Notes under the pieces: generated by a model
Database searches by the model: none
Told to the model about the DNA's origin: nothing
Seen by the model: the letters and a program-made list of their open reading frames with translations, nothing else
Shown here: positions 12,968 to 25,158 of the stretch, piece by piece
Layout of the letters: each line of letters begins with the position of its first letter
Numbering within the stretch: position 1 is the stretch's first letter
Made by a program: the position numbers and the translations under genes
Assembly (NCBI RefSeq): GCF_018350175.1
Contig: NC_058368.1
Span: 159,218,001 to 159,282,000 of the forward strand
Length of the DNA: 64,000 bases
Direction: 5' to 3'
From: Felis catus
Lineage: Eukaryota

Positions 12968-14297
12968 CTTATTCTTTGGTCTGTTTTGTTCATCCTTATG
13001 GTCAGTACATCCAGTCAGTTTTGCATCTCAGTTATAGCATTTTTTTATTTCACCCTGACTAATTTTTAGGTCTTTTATCTCTGCAAGTAGGGATCTTTTT
13101 GGTTTCTTCCATGTTTTTCTCAAGCCCAGCTATTATCTTTATGACTGTTAATTTAAATTTAGACATGTTACTCATGTCTATTTTGATTAGCTTCCTGGCC
13201 ATGACCTCTTCTTGTCCTTTCTTTTGGGATGAATTCCTCTGTCTTGGCATTTTATCAGAACTTTGTCTTTTGTGTGTTAGGAAAGCCTGTGCCCAGTCCT
13301 ATTTCCCCTAGAGCTGAAGGTTTGTAGCACTATGTGATCAGTAGACCTGGTGCATGAGGCAGGTTTTGTGCTCTTCCTCTAAGGGAGAGGCCTGCTGCTG
13401 CTCTGGCTCTTCATCACACTCGCCCTTTTAAAAAGGCACCTGCAGCACACAGTGGGTTAGGGCTTGGTATAAGCAGTTCAAGCCTTCACTACATGTGCTG
13501 TGCCACTTTCAGAAGTCTATCTGTGTTGATGGGAGGGGTGAAAAATGGTGTTGGTCCACTTTTCTCCCCCGAGTGGGGAGTTTACACCTAGGGCTGTTCA
13601 GGAAGCCCTACAGAAGAGTGAACAATCTCCCATCTTGTGTCCCAGGCTTCCATCAGATCCCAGCCTTCACCTGTCTGTGTCCCTGCAGTTCATCCAGCCA
13701 GGACTGCACCCAGTGCAGTGCTCCTGTGTTTCATCTCAGGTGCACAGTTGGGTTTCACAACTCCAGATTTTAGGGACTTGGTGCAGGCCTGAAACATGCT
13801 GATCCTCTTGGGGAAGGTCTTGCCATGCTGTGGCTGGTACTGATTTGGCCCAGAAAAGCATTTGCATGACTGCTCAGGGGCTTGTATTTTATGGTAAAGC
13901 ATAGGAAAATGCTGGCAGCCAGATTAACTGCCATGAGCAGGTATCTCTGCTCATATGCTAATGAACAAGACAGTGCAATAGCTCCTGCCTGGCTCTTCTG
14001 TCCCCTGGTAGATAATACTGTCTCTCCCAAATGCACTACAATAAGAGGAATTGTCTATCCTAGCATGACCCAGAGGATCCTCAGAGCACGCTGTCCACTC
14101 TGGACCTCTGCCCACCTTCTCCACAGGAATACAGCCGCTCCCACCACCTCAACCCTAGCAATGGCATGGACTTCTAAAACCTTAGCCTTTTAGCTTCACT
14201 CCCTGTAATAATCAACCCCTCTGATTTTCCCAGTGAATGATTTTAGGGAAGTGTTTTTCTTTATAATTCCTTGCATGCTGTTCTCTCTTTGTGTCAA

Positions 14298-14328
<31 letters not shown>

Positions 14329-14578
14329 TTCTGTCTCTCTTTCTAATCTTGGTGACCAAGTATCCCTCCCCTCCACAGAACCCATGATTATTTTCTCTGC
14401 CAAATCACATCACCACACTTCCTACCTTCTACCATATGACCTCTTTTCTTCCTCTATTTATGCAGTTTCTTTTCTTAGCCCTCAGATAAATTTCCTGGGT
14501 GTTCAGAATGACTTGATAATTATATAGATGTGTTTGAGGGAGGAGGCAAGCATTAGGTTCTCTGCCCTCTTAACCCCA
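12968..14578 (-). mobile_element. Carnivore L1 5'UTR and ORF1 N-terminus (no 3' part)
   Basis: ORF 13250-13059 MPRQRNSSQKKGQEEVMARKLIKIDMSNMSKFKLTVIKIIAGLEKNMEE resembles carnivore L1 ORF1p. The GC-richer 5'UTR shares CCTCAGAT(A/C)AATTTCCT.GGTGTT with the L1 5' end at ~37060. Confidence 0.82.
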
Positions 14579-15055
14579 ATACTCTTAATATATACAAAAT
14601 TAAAAGCAAGCCAATAACTTTTTTTAGTAGGTAATTGTCTCTAAATTCAAGTTACAATTTTCCTATTATCAAGTAAATCCTTTGTTTTTCTTGACCACTT
14701 ATTATTTCAAATATTATAAAATCTAGTCCATTAGGCTAATGACAGTTGCAAGCCAAGGTACTTTTGCTTTGAATGGTCAAGTCACTTTTAGCAGTTTTTT
14801 CCTGGTTATTTGCATCGATGGTAAAGCATCCATACCAATACTGAGATTTCAGTAATTATTAAGTCTCTTTTTTTTTGCATTACTAATTTCAAGAAGACTT
14901 TAAAACTGCCTGTATCTAAATTATGTTATTTTATCTTCTTAATATAATCAGGTAAAGAAATGAGAAAGAAAAATGTCAGATTTGTCCACTTCCTCAATCT
15001 GCTTAAAAGATTACATATTTCTTCTCTCTGCAATTATTTATTTAAAAGAGAAACA

Positions 15056-15260
15056 GGGGCACCTGGGTGACTCAATCGGTTAAGCAGCCGACTTCAGGTC
15101 ATAATCTGGCAGTCAGTAAGTTTGAGCCCTGCACCAGGCTCTTTGCTAACAGCTCAGAGCCTGAAGCCTGCTTCAGATTCTGTGTCTCCCTTCCTCTCTG
15201 CACCTCTCTGCTTGCACTCTGTCTCTCTCTCTCAAAAATAAATAAACATTAAAAAAAGAG
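15056..15260 (+). mobile_element. Can-SINE
   Basis: TSD AAAGAGAAACA at 15045-15055 and 15261-15271. Confidence 0.95.
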
Positions 15261-15539
15261 AAAGAGAAACAGAGCTATTAGCTTAACTATCAAGTTAGTA
15301 ATGCATTCAATAGAAGCAAAAATAATTTATATAACCTCTTTATTTCTTGAGTAATCAACTTTGAGTAATTTTCTACAATGTTTTGAAGTTTTACCTCTTG
15401 GTCCTAATATTTCTCACCTTATATGGTACCCTGAATATGCTCTTGGACAATACATTTGTTTGAGAGTTTTGAGATGATAAATTTCACCCCACTTTTTATT
15501 TTAATTACTTTAGAAACAACTTCTTATTTCAACCTACAC

Positions 15540-15760
15540 TAGGTAGTGTAGTCCTAGACATTTAGGTTCTCAGTATGTAGACTGCCTGGGTTAAAATCTC
15601 TGCTTCATAAATTAACTATGTCTCCTTGGGATACTTATTTGATTATTTTATACATAAAATTGGATAATAGTATCTAATTCATAAAATAGTTGCTAAAATC
15701 AAAGGAGATTTTTTTATAAAGAGAATATCACAGTGCCTAGAACAAAGGGCATAATGATTT
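15540..15760 (+). mobile_element. MIR
   Basis: AGACTGCCTGGGTTAAAATCTCTGCTTC...TAAAATTGGATAATAGTATCT...CACAGTGCCTAG. Confidence 0.7.
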
Positions 15761-15840
15761 CTACTTTACTGTATATCCTTATATACAATCGACTCTTCAA
15801 CAACATATAGGTTTGAATTACGCAGATCCACTTAAAGACA

Positions 15841-16726
15841 TTTTTTTTCTGCAAAAAGTTTTATTGTTTTCATTTTGTCCACAGCTTGGGAGAACTCCAG
15901 GGTGGTTAAAAAGCTGCCTGGTGACTACAGGGAGAAGCTCTTCCACCATGGGGTTACCAGAGGGGGTCCCTCAAAAAGCCGCTGGGCTCCTCAGGCTCCT
16001 AGTTGTGCTGGAAGATGAGCCTTTCCAAAAAGTACTTGCCAGCCTAGCCTGGGGCCCAGCTTTCCACTATCAGTCAGGTGGTCACCCACCTTCTTGATGA
16101 GTTTGACCTCCTAACCTTGGAAGCAGACCTCTAAGAAGTCACAGAGATAGGAGTCTACACAGGCAAAACCCAGGGTATGCAAATCCAAAAGGGCCTGGTT
16201 CAGGTGCTTCTTCAGAACCATGGGGGCTTCCATGGCATGCACAGTTTTACCCCACTCATCTGGGTGGCTTATACACATCCTGGAAGAGGGCGCTTCTGCT
16301 CTGCTGGTTTTCAGGAGACGTTTGACACCCTCAGGCTTCTCTCAGCCAACTTGTGGAAGAAGCAACCCACACCCTCTGGAGCTACATTGTAGTGGTTGTA
16401 ATAGAAGCCAAGAGATAGCTGTAGGAGGCTAATAGATGCATATTGACCAGATGGTTTGTGGTGGTCTCCACCTTGATGGACTAATTCTGATGAATCTGGG
16501 AGCTCATGGTTGATCAGCAATAAGGAACTAAACTCAAAAAATGTTGTTAGCTGTTCCCATAGGCAGAGGATGGCTGAGAACATGGTTTTCAAGGTTATGT
16601 CTAGAAAAGAGGTTGCAGGAAGTTTGGAGACTTGAAGAAGGGACATCGCTGGGTCTGTTCTGTCCAAATATGAAGCAACAGATCCATGGGACCACAGGGG
16701 GCACTGCCCAGGGGTGGAGTTCTTTT
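15841..16726 (-). pseudogene. FTL: Processed (intronless) pseudogene of ferritin light chain, including 5'UTR, 3'UTR and poly(A) remnant
   Basis: ATG at 16507 reads MSSQIHQN*SIKVETTTNHLVNMHLLASYSY. After frameshifts it reads LSLGFYYNHYNVAPEGVGCFFHKLAE, then [62 protein letters not shown], ending HN-TAG at 16001-15999. This is collinear with FTL (MSSQIRQNYS...[26 protein letters not shown]...EWGKT..AMEAA...LNQALLDLH...LCDFLE...EVKLIKKMGDHLT...KHD*). No introns; AATAAA at 15865-15860; A-tract at 15848-15841; in-frame stop at codon 9. Confidence 0.96.
16652..16685 (-). promoter_or_regulatory. Degenerate iron-responsive element (IRE) relic in the FTL pseudogene 5'UTR
   Basis: Minus strand reads GGATCTGTTGCTTCATATTTGGACAGAACAGACC; the recalled human FTL IRE is GGGTCTGTCTCTTGCTTCAACAGTGTTTGGACGGAACAGATCC. 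Stem flanks are kept and the CAGTG loop is missing. Confidence 0.8.
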
Positions 16727-18489
16727 CCTGGACAATTCTGTAATTATATTTTGTCTTTCTTCTTATTTTTTTAATATTTGATTTTTTAGGTTACTTTATT
16801 TTAAGAATAGATTATATAACATATAACATACAAAATATATGTTAATTGGCTGCTTATTTTATCAGTACAGCTTCCAGTCAACAGTAGGCTATTAGTTTTG
16901 GGACAATTGAAAGTTACATTGTATTTTCCACTGCACAGAGAGGTCAGTGCCTTGGCCCCCACATTGTTAAAAGGTCCAACTGTACTTTCCATATGCAAGT
17001 AGATTGACAGCAGCTGTCACATGACACATCTTTTTATATTACAATGTATTATAAACAACTTACCATGAAAACAAACATTAATTTTAATGATGTACATTCC
17101 AAGTATTTAAGTTCATTTTTGAACATCAAGGTTATTTCAATGTAAAATTGAAATACTCCTAAATATAACTTTTAAAACAAATTATCATGACAAACACTTT
17201 ATCATCCACCTGTGACATTAGTTAATCTGTATTTTAAAACAGCTAATGAGCTTACAAAAAAAAAAAAAAAAGAAAAATGTCGGGTTTTTTCTTATTTATA
17301 TTACTTACTAAAGGAGATTTTGTTATGTTTTCAGCTTCCTGTTGCAAACCCTGAGCTAAATGTTAATAAGAACAGGCAATTCTTCATCCATTCTGGGACC
17401 TGATATTTGAATAATTGCATTAAAGAGAGGCATCAGCAATACTAAATAAACCTGATTATACTGAATAAGAGATAAATGATTAAAAGCCTATATGAGGCAT
17501 TAATTTACTACAAAATAGCCACATAATGCCAATTGACTATTCTATTATTTCTCCCTTTGGGCAAAGTTATTTTGGATAGAATAAAATTGCACTGGAATAG
17601 TTAGCACAGATCACAGATAGAAGCACTATAATTCATCAAATAGCCTAGTTGGGCAGCCTTGTCAAAATAGGTTAGGGGATTTCTCATGATTGTAGCCAAT
17701 GTTGCAATATTTTTAAAGATAGAAATCCATTATCACTTCTCTTCTGCCACCTGAAAAAAATCATCCCATAGAATCTGATTTCTTCCTGAGGTGATATGAC
17801 ACTGCTCAGAAGGCAATGAAATGTTCTTTTTTTAAAATACCAGCTATCAAATGGCAGACTCTAAACCTGAGTCATGTTTGGTTCCTTACGTCTATTGTGT
17901 ATTACTAAAGAAATAGGAAATTTAGAAAACTTTGATTCTCTTACATTTGGATATAATTTTGTTTTGATTATATCAGTAATAAAAACAAAATCTGCTGCAA
18001 TTATATTCTAAAAAATAAAACAAGTCCTACAAGTCTTAGTAAAATGTATGTATGATACATGTAATTATATAGTTTTTACATATATATGTATTTATACTTT
18101 TATAATTATATATAGGAAGGATGTAGGACTTTTTAGCTGGTATATCTAAAGCTAGTGAACTTAAGCCAATTGAAAGCCAATATAGTTATGGGGAGTACTC
18201 TTATCAGGATACTGGTGAGTTTAAATTTGGTAATCAAATCTTATTTGGTAAATCAGTAAGAATTTTATATTTCAATGTCATAAAACCATTCTAAGAAATA
18301 AACTGAGAATAGATTTGTTCTTTCTAATATAGAAATCCATTCAAAGATGACTAGATTTCTTACAGTTCTTCTAGAACTAGACTCCTAAAAATGAATTATG
18401 ATGGCACTCATTTCCAAAATTGTACTTCTCTTTTCTAGAAGAAAGCCTCGTGAAAAGCTTTTATCTAGTAAAAAAAAATAGTGATTATT

Positions 18490-18873
18490 AATGGCAGAGA
18501 CAAATCGCTGCATATTGACTATTCATAAGCAATCCATATGTCCCACATTCTTAGAGTTAGGTGGAACTTTGAAACGAATTCTGAGCAATGGCTGTGAGTG
18601 GAAGTAATAATTGTCACTTCCATAATGGTGTGATTAACAGCCAGTATATGATTCCCTAACTTATCTTATTACTGAAACGATTGGGCCATGGAAAAATACC
18701 AGACACCGGAATGACAACTTGCATCACTGAATGGTTGTGGAGAACAGGTATTCCCTTAACAGTTCTCATTGGATAGGTCTTCTGGATTGGAAAGAATAAA
18801 TCATTTGTTGTAATAAGCCACTGGGATTTCAGGATTGTTCTGTAACATAATCTGGACTATCCAAATTAATTCA
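18490..18873 (+). mobile_element. MLT1 (J/K-like) MaLR solo LTR
   Basis: AATGGCTGTGAGTGGAAGT...TGTCACTTCC and 3' AATAAA...TAAGCCACTGGGATTT...TTAATTCA motifs. Confidence 0.6.
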
Positions 18874-20144
18874 GTGAATTAAGTAAACAAAAAATAATAC
18901 TGATCAAGTTTCCCTGGTAGTAAATATAGTTTTAAAATGGGAAACAAAATATTTTAATTATTAGTAGGATGTGAACTCTATTGAAGAAAATGATGTATAT
19001 TGTCACTCCATTTGCAAGAACTGAGCTGATACCACTCTTTGAGTCTTATGTATGAGTTAAGGTTTCCTCATCTGAGGTGATTTTACTGCCCTCAAAGCAG
19101 TAAGGCCACAAGGAAGCTTCTGTGGAAGAACAGATATATTGTGAGTTAAGGGAAAAGGTTTGAAATTTTGTGTGACTACTGTGTAGTTCTTTTCCACTCT
19201 TTCTCAAATGAGGAGTAAATACTTACCTCATATGTGTCTAAATGTCGTTAGAATTGTTCAAATAGGGTGTTTTAGTTATGACCTCTCAGTACTGCCCTTA
19301 ACAGTAAAGAAAAACTAAAATATGCAGTGGTTATGTCAGGAACTATATTTTTCATTGGTCAGAACTGTAACACTGGCACGTGGACTTGTCAGCTTATAAA
19401 ACACTAGAATATGAAGGTATTATGTGAATATTTAGGAAACTAAGGCTTGATGCTTAAGGGCTGCTTGTGTTAGCTTTTGGGGAAATTGGGCTTATCCAAC
19501 TCTGATGCACTATGTCATGTTTATCTTCAAATTTAATATTGATATTGTATTCACAGAAGCAGCTGATCCAAATTCACATTTATAAAATATGCATTTCTGG
19601 TCTTAAATCTCTTGATATGAAAATAGGCATTCTTTACATTACCAGTTTTCCTGGAAATTTCAGAAGCAATTTCCTACTTTTTTAAAAGTATCATGATTAG
19701 TCTTTGACAAACCCTGTGCAAGAGAATGAACATACTACTTTTCTCCTGCACCACTCCACACCTTTGTTTCATATTTCCCAGGGGGGGAAAAAAAAACAAT
19801 GACTTTCTGGTACAATGGGGATTTGAATAATAATTTCCCATTTCTGTAGTTTACATATGAAACTCAGTTTTTTTTATATATCCGTAGTAGGAACTTAATA
19901 TCAGTAACCTGTGAATTTATTAACATTGTTTTAACTGCAATGCCCATTGCATTATCTGGGTTTCCTACTGACTTTAAATTTTCTTCTCTTGCCTTTTTTT
20001 TAAGCAATTGTAATGAGATGAGCAATAATCCTCCACTTGTCTCTTTATTTGATTGCATATTTCTACCTTTATACAATAAAAAGATAAACTATTAAAAGCT
20101 CTAATAATTCTTGAAATATAAGGATAATTAAAGGTAAAGTGAAG

Positions 20145-20145
<1 letters not shown>

Positions 20146-20188
<43 letters not shown>
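20146..20188. repeat. (CA)n microsatellite
   Basis: About 21 perfect CA units. Confidence 0.98.
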
Positions 20189-20193
<5 letters not shown>

Positions 20194-20728
20194 CACATGC
20201 ATGTCTCTGGACCATATTATCTGGGTTAACATTCTTGCTGTCTCTTTTCCAGCTGAGTGGCCCTGGATGGGTAATATCACTTTCCTAAGAATTGACCTAA
20301 TTAGATGTAACTCAAGGATGATCCAGTAGTGATAAACTCTAGGCACTGCCACTGCTCTTGTTGATACAGTGGACCCTTAACCCTCTGCTTCCACCACTCC
20401 ACCCCCTCTCTTTTAACCCAGTCCAGGGAATGGAGAATTGGGGGTGTTTTCATAGACTTTGCCCCCACCCCCCTGCCCCTGCTGGGTGGTGTGGCTTTGA
20501 GCAACTGAATCTTGTTCAGAGGAATTTACCCATAGTTCTTCATCCATGTAGACCTATTTGTTAAAGAAGATAAGCCAAGCTTCTAGTTGAATTTCTTGTA
20601 TACAGCTGCACTATTTTCCTACCCTGTTCTTTTTTTTCTCTCCCTCTCTTTTAGTCCCTCACTCTCTCTTGCTTTCTAAATTTTTTTCAGAGTATATCTG
20701 AATCTGTTTCTTAAAAATAGAGACATTA

Positions 20729-20918
20729 GGGGAGGAACTGGGTGGCACAGTTGGTTAAGCATCCAAATTTGGCTCAGGTCATGATCTCACAGGTCATGAA
20801 TTCGAGCCCCACATTGGGTTCACTGCTGTCAGTGGAAAGCCAGCTTTGGATCCTCTGTCCCCCTCTCTCTGCCCCTTCCCTGCTTTCTTGCTCTCTCAGA
20901 AATAACTAAACATTAAAA
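20729..20918 (+). mobile_element. Can-SINE
   Basis: CTGGGTGGCACAGTTGGTTAAGCATCC...GGCTCAGGTCATGATCTC head; A-rich tail. Confidence 0.92.
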
Positions 20919-22194
20919 GAGAGAGAGGGAGAGAACAGGAAAAGGTTCAGAGCAAGACCTCTAATAAGGGTAGATTGGTGATTTGGCAGAAGTCACAGGG
21001 TGTTTAAGGAATCTGATGCTTTTACCCCAAAATATTAGCAATACTCTTATACTGTGCCTCTCAAATTTATCTTTGTGTTCAGTGAGCGGTGAAGTTTGAA
21101 TCAGGAAACCAAGTACAAGAAGGGGAGCTGGTAAGGACAGTATTAGTGTTTGGAATTAGGGAATCAAGTACTTACATTCTGGTTCTTATGCCTGAACAGC
21201 AATCTAATGTGGTGGAATGCAAATGATTCTGCCTTAAAAAAAACTTTACATTTTATTGAAAAGGAAGGACTGCATACACTTAAGGGACATGTTTTTAGTT
21301 GTTACTATTCTATGAGGACAGGAAAATTCCAGGAATTAGGGAGAATCTTTCTTGACGGTTCTTCAATTCAGAATAAGATAATGATTAAAAATAATTCACA
21401 GCATTTTACATATGGACACAGTAGATCTCTTTGCTGTCATCCACTCACATTATTAATAACCATCTTATTTTAGAATCCGTTTGATTCTTTAATCCTAGAA
21501 ATCTTTATTTTCCCCATTGTCCACTCAAACAATGTAAAGTATGTTCCCAAAATAGGTAAAATTTAATATAGCACATTATAATTTACATAAAAATTATACA
21601 ACAGGTCATTTAAGCACTTAAATAACCTTGAAAATTAGCTGACTAACCTAATTGTGACTCAGGAACACACAAAAAGTAAATGGCACCCAAATTTCTAGGT
21701 CTAGATTTTCTGAGTATGAATTTCATACCCTCTTCATAATAATGCTTGTTTTCAGTGATCCACACTTTTCTTCAAAAGATTTTTCCTGAATTTACCATTT
21801 GTATTAGTGAACTTTTCATGCTTGGTCATTAATATATTTTTTGGATCAGTGGTCTGTCATGCACATAGATAATTGCTCTGCACTCGTTTGCTTAGTTTGT
21901 TGTTGTTGCAGAATCCAAGCTATTCCTATCACAAGGCCTTCTCTGTGAGCCTTTGCTAGCCTGCAAACTTAAGTTGGTAAGAAGATAGACAAGAATAATG
22001 AGAATTAAAAGAATTTCTTTTGACCTATAATTCTAATAGTGAATACTTACCCTCTAGTTTTAAATATTTTGTTATGAACTATTTCAGATATACAAAAAGT
22101 ACAGACAATACTATAATGAATACTATAATGAATGCACCTACCACCCAATTTTAAAAACACAACATTTGATTGTGTCTCCTTCAAATACAGTTTC

Positions 22195-22202
22195 TGTTGT
22201 TC

Positions 22203-22239
<37 letters not shown>

Positions 22240-22385
22240 CTGTGTGTTTTTGGAGCATGAGCAGGGAGAGAGAATCCCAAACAGCCTCTGTGCTGAGAGC
22301 AGAGCTCAAACTCACAAACTGTGAGATCATGACGTGAGCCAAAATCAAGTCAGACACTCAACCAATTGAGCCATCCATCACCACC
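22195..22385 (-). mobile_element. Can-SINE whose tail has become (CAA)n
   Basis: Reverse head GTGAGATCATGACGTGAGCC; (GTT)n at ~22196-22238; TSD AATACAGTTT / AATACCGTTT. Confidence 0.85.
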
Positions 22386-22589
22386 AATACCGTTTTAAGC
22401 ACAAAGTACTTCAGCAGTTTATGTATTCCATTGTAATCTCTTCCTTTCCATTCATATTTTTAGGTAGCCAAGACCCTGAAGTTGGCATGTATATATAAGC
22501 TTTCTATACATATATCTATCAATAATAAATAACTTCATATATTTTAGACAAATTATATTTTACTCTTTTGTTCTCTCTCTTCACATTTG

Positions 22590-24120
22590 CTTTGTTGAAA
22601 TAATCCACACACCACAAATTCACCCTTGTAAAATGTACAGTTGGATGGTTTTCAGCATATCCACAAAGTTGAGCAGACATTATAACTGTCTAATTTTAGG
22701 ACATTTACATCACTCCAAAAAGAAATCTTACATTAATTAGAAATGACTCTTGATTTCTTCTAGCCCCTAGAAACACTAATTTCCTTTTTTATGTCTAATT
22801 ATACGCCTTTTCTGGGTATTTCATATAATGAAATCATGTAACTTGTTTCTGACTTCTTTTATTTATCATATTTTCTTTCGAGGTTTGACAATGTTGTAGA
22901 GCTATCAACATTGTGTTCCTTTTTGTTAGTGAATAATATTCCATTGTTAAGATATGACACATTTTATTCACCCATTCTTCAGTAGATGGTCATTTGGGTT
23001 GTTTTGACTTTGACTATTATGAATAATGCTCTTATGGATATTCCTGCTAAGTTTTTTGTGAACACGTTCACTTCTCTTGAGTGTATAACTAGGAATGGAA
23101 TTACAGGATTGTAGGGTAACTATGGATCGCAATTCAAAAACCTGCCAAACTGCTTTCTGAAGTGACCACACAATTTTACTATCCAGATAGCAGTGTATAA
23201 ATGTTCAAACTTCCCCACATGTTAATAACACTTGTTATTGACTATTTTTAAAAGTTTTAATTTTGGCATTCCGGTGGGTTACAGTGGAATCTCATTGCAG
23301 TTTTGATTTTTATTTACCTAATGAAATTATTTTGAGCATCTTTTCATGTGCTTAATAGCCACTTGCATATCTTCTTTGGAAAAATATGTACCCAAATCCT
23401 TTTGCCCATTTTAAAATTCATATATTTGACTTTTTTATTGGGTTTATAAGTGTTCTTTATAAATTCTTGATACAAGTCTTTTACCAGATATGTAATATGC
23501 AAATATTTATCCCAGTGTTTGGGTTCTGTTTTTCTTAATGGTGTTCTTTGAGGAACAAGAGTTTTTAATTTTCATGAAGTCCAACTTATTATTTTTGTCT
23601 CTGTACTTTTTGTGCCATGTACAAGAATTGCCTATCTAAGGTCATAAAATTTACTCCCATATTTTCTTCTAAAGTTTCATAGTTTTAGCTCTTAAATTTA
23701 GGTTTATGATCCATTTTGAGTTAATTTTTGTGTGGTATGGGTCCACCTTCATTCTTTTGCATATGGCTATCTAATTGTCCCAGGACTATTTCTTAAAAGG
23801 ACTATTCTTTCTTCTTGAATTGTCTTGACACTTTTGTTAAAAAATTAGTTGGCCATAAATGTAAGGGTTTAATTTTAGGTTCTCAATTCTGTCCTCTGAT
23901 TTATCTGTCTTTATGCCGGTACTACACTGTTTTCATTACTGTAATTTCGTATTAATTTCTGAAGTCAGGAAGTGTGTATCCTCATACTTTATTTTTCTTT
24001 TTATAGATTGTTTTGGCTTTTGGGGGTCTCTTGGTATTTCATGTAAATTTTAGGATTAGCTTTCTAATTTCTGCAAAAAATCAAGTTGGGATTTCTATGG
24101 GGATTGTGTTGAATTTGTAT
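22590..24120 (-). mobile_element. L1MB-like 3' end with ORF2 3' region
   Basis: AAATTCACCCTTGTAAAATGTACAG...ACATTTACATCACTCCAAAAAGAAA 3'UTR; continuous antisense ORF2 motifs to GGGATTGTGTTGAATTTGTA. Confidence 0.88.
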
Positions 24121-24354
24121 CTTGAAACCTTATTGAATTCTTTCTTTGGTTAATTGTGTGTGTGTGTGCTCATATTTTAAGATGCATGACTGTGAGAATT
24201 GCAAATTTATTCTAACATTAGCTTTTTGATAGAGTCATCAATTTTAAGTCTACATGAGCTATGGAGTTCATAGTTTAACCTTCATGCCAAAAGTCTTTGC
24301 TATAGGAAATTATAAGGTTTAATAGAAATTTAGAGATTGTATATAGTAAATTCT

Positions 24355-24385
<31 letters not shown>

Positions 24386-24487
24386 GTAGTAACTTCTTAG
24401 AAACAATGTACTCTGTTTCTGATTTAGCAACAGAGGACCATTCAATCTATATTCTGTCATATTCTTTGATTTCTAAATTTAGTAGAA

Positions 24488-24721
24488 TTTTTTTTTATTT
24501 TTTAAATTTTTTTTTCAATGTTTTTTATTTATTTTTGGGACAGAGAGAGACAGAGCATGAACAGGGGAGGGGCAGAGAGACAGGGAGACACAGAATCGGA
24601 AACAGGCTCCAGGCTCCGAGCCATCAGCCCAGAGCCTGATGCTGGGCTCGAACTCACGGACCGTGAGATCGTGACCTGGCTGAAGTCGGACGCTTAACCG
24701 ACTGCGCCACCCAGGCGCCCC
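24488..24721 (-). mobile_element. Young felid SINEC_Fc
   Basis: Near-consensus with CpGs intact (GTCGGACGCTTAACCGACTGCGCCACCCAGGCGCCCC); TSD TAGTAGAATTTTT at 24480 and 24722. Confidence 0.97.
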
Positions 24722-24957
24722 TAGTAGAATTTTTTAATGCCATGAATCAAACAATATGCTAAATGTATTTTATATACTGTAGCAATTAATCTTTACAATG
24801 ACCTGAATTCAGTAGTTTCCTCTACATTTTATAAAGACAGGCTGAAATGTACATGACAAGTATCCAAGATTATACAACTAACCAGGGATAGAGCCAAGAT
24901 TCAAACTTGGGTCTGCCTAACTACACTAACTAATGTTGTTAATATTTAGAAAGATCT

Positions 24958-25072
24958 GTGGTGCCTGGGTGGCTCAGTAAGTTTAGTGGCTGACTCTTGG
25001 TTTCAGTTCAGGTCAGTATCTCACAGTTTATGAGTTCAAAGCTCTGTTGTGAGCACAGAGCATGCTTGGGAT

Positions 25073-25112
<40 letters not shown>

Positions 25113-25158
25113 CCTCCTTCACTTGTGAATGTGCTCTCTCTCTAAATAAACTTAAAAA
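24958..25158 (+). mobile_element. Can-SINE
   Basis: TSD AATATTTA(G/T)AAAGATCT at 24941 and 25159. Confidence 0.93.

Larger units (their letters stand above)
15786..16982 (+). mobile_element. Tigger2a/MER28-like TcMar DNA transposon split by the FTL retrocopy (parts ~15786-15848 and ~16727-16982)
   Basis: Left end CAATCGACTCTTCAACAACATATAGGTTTGAATTACGCAGATCCACTTA and right end ...CATTGTTAAAAGGTCCAACTG are degenerate TIRs of the CAGTTGACCCTTGAACAAC type. TA flanks both ends (15784-85, 16983-84). Internal TTCCAGTCAACAGTAGGCTATTAG matches the family. Confidence 0.88.

Noticed and set aside
22047..22280. Poly-glutamine ORF
   Set aside because: The Q-run is the (CAA)n-converted tail of a SINE.
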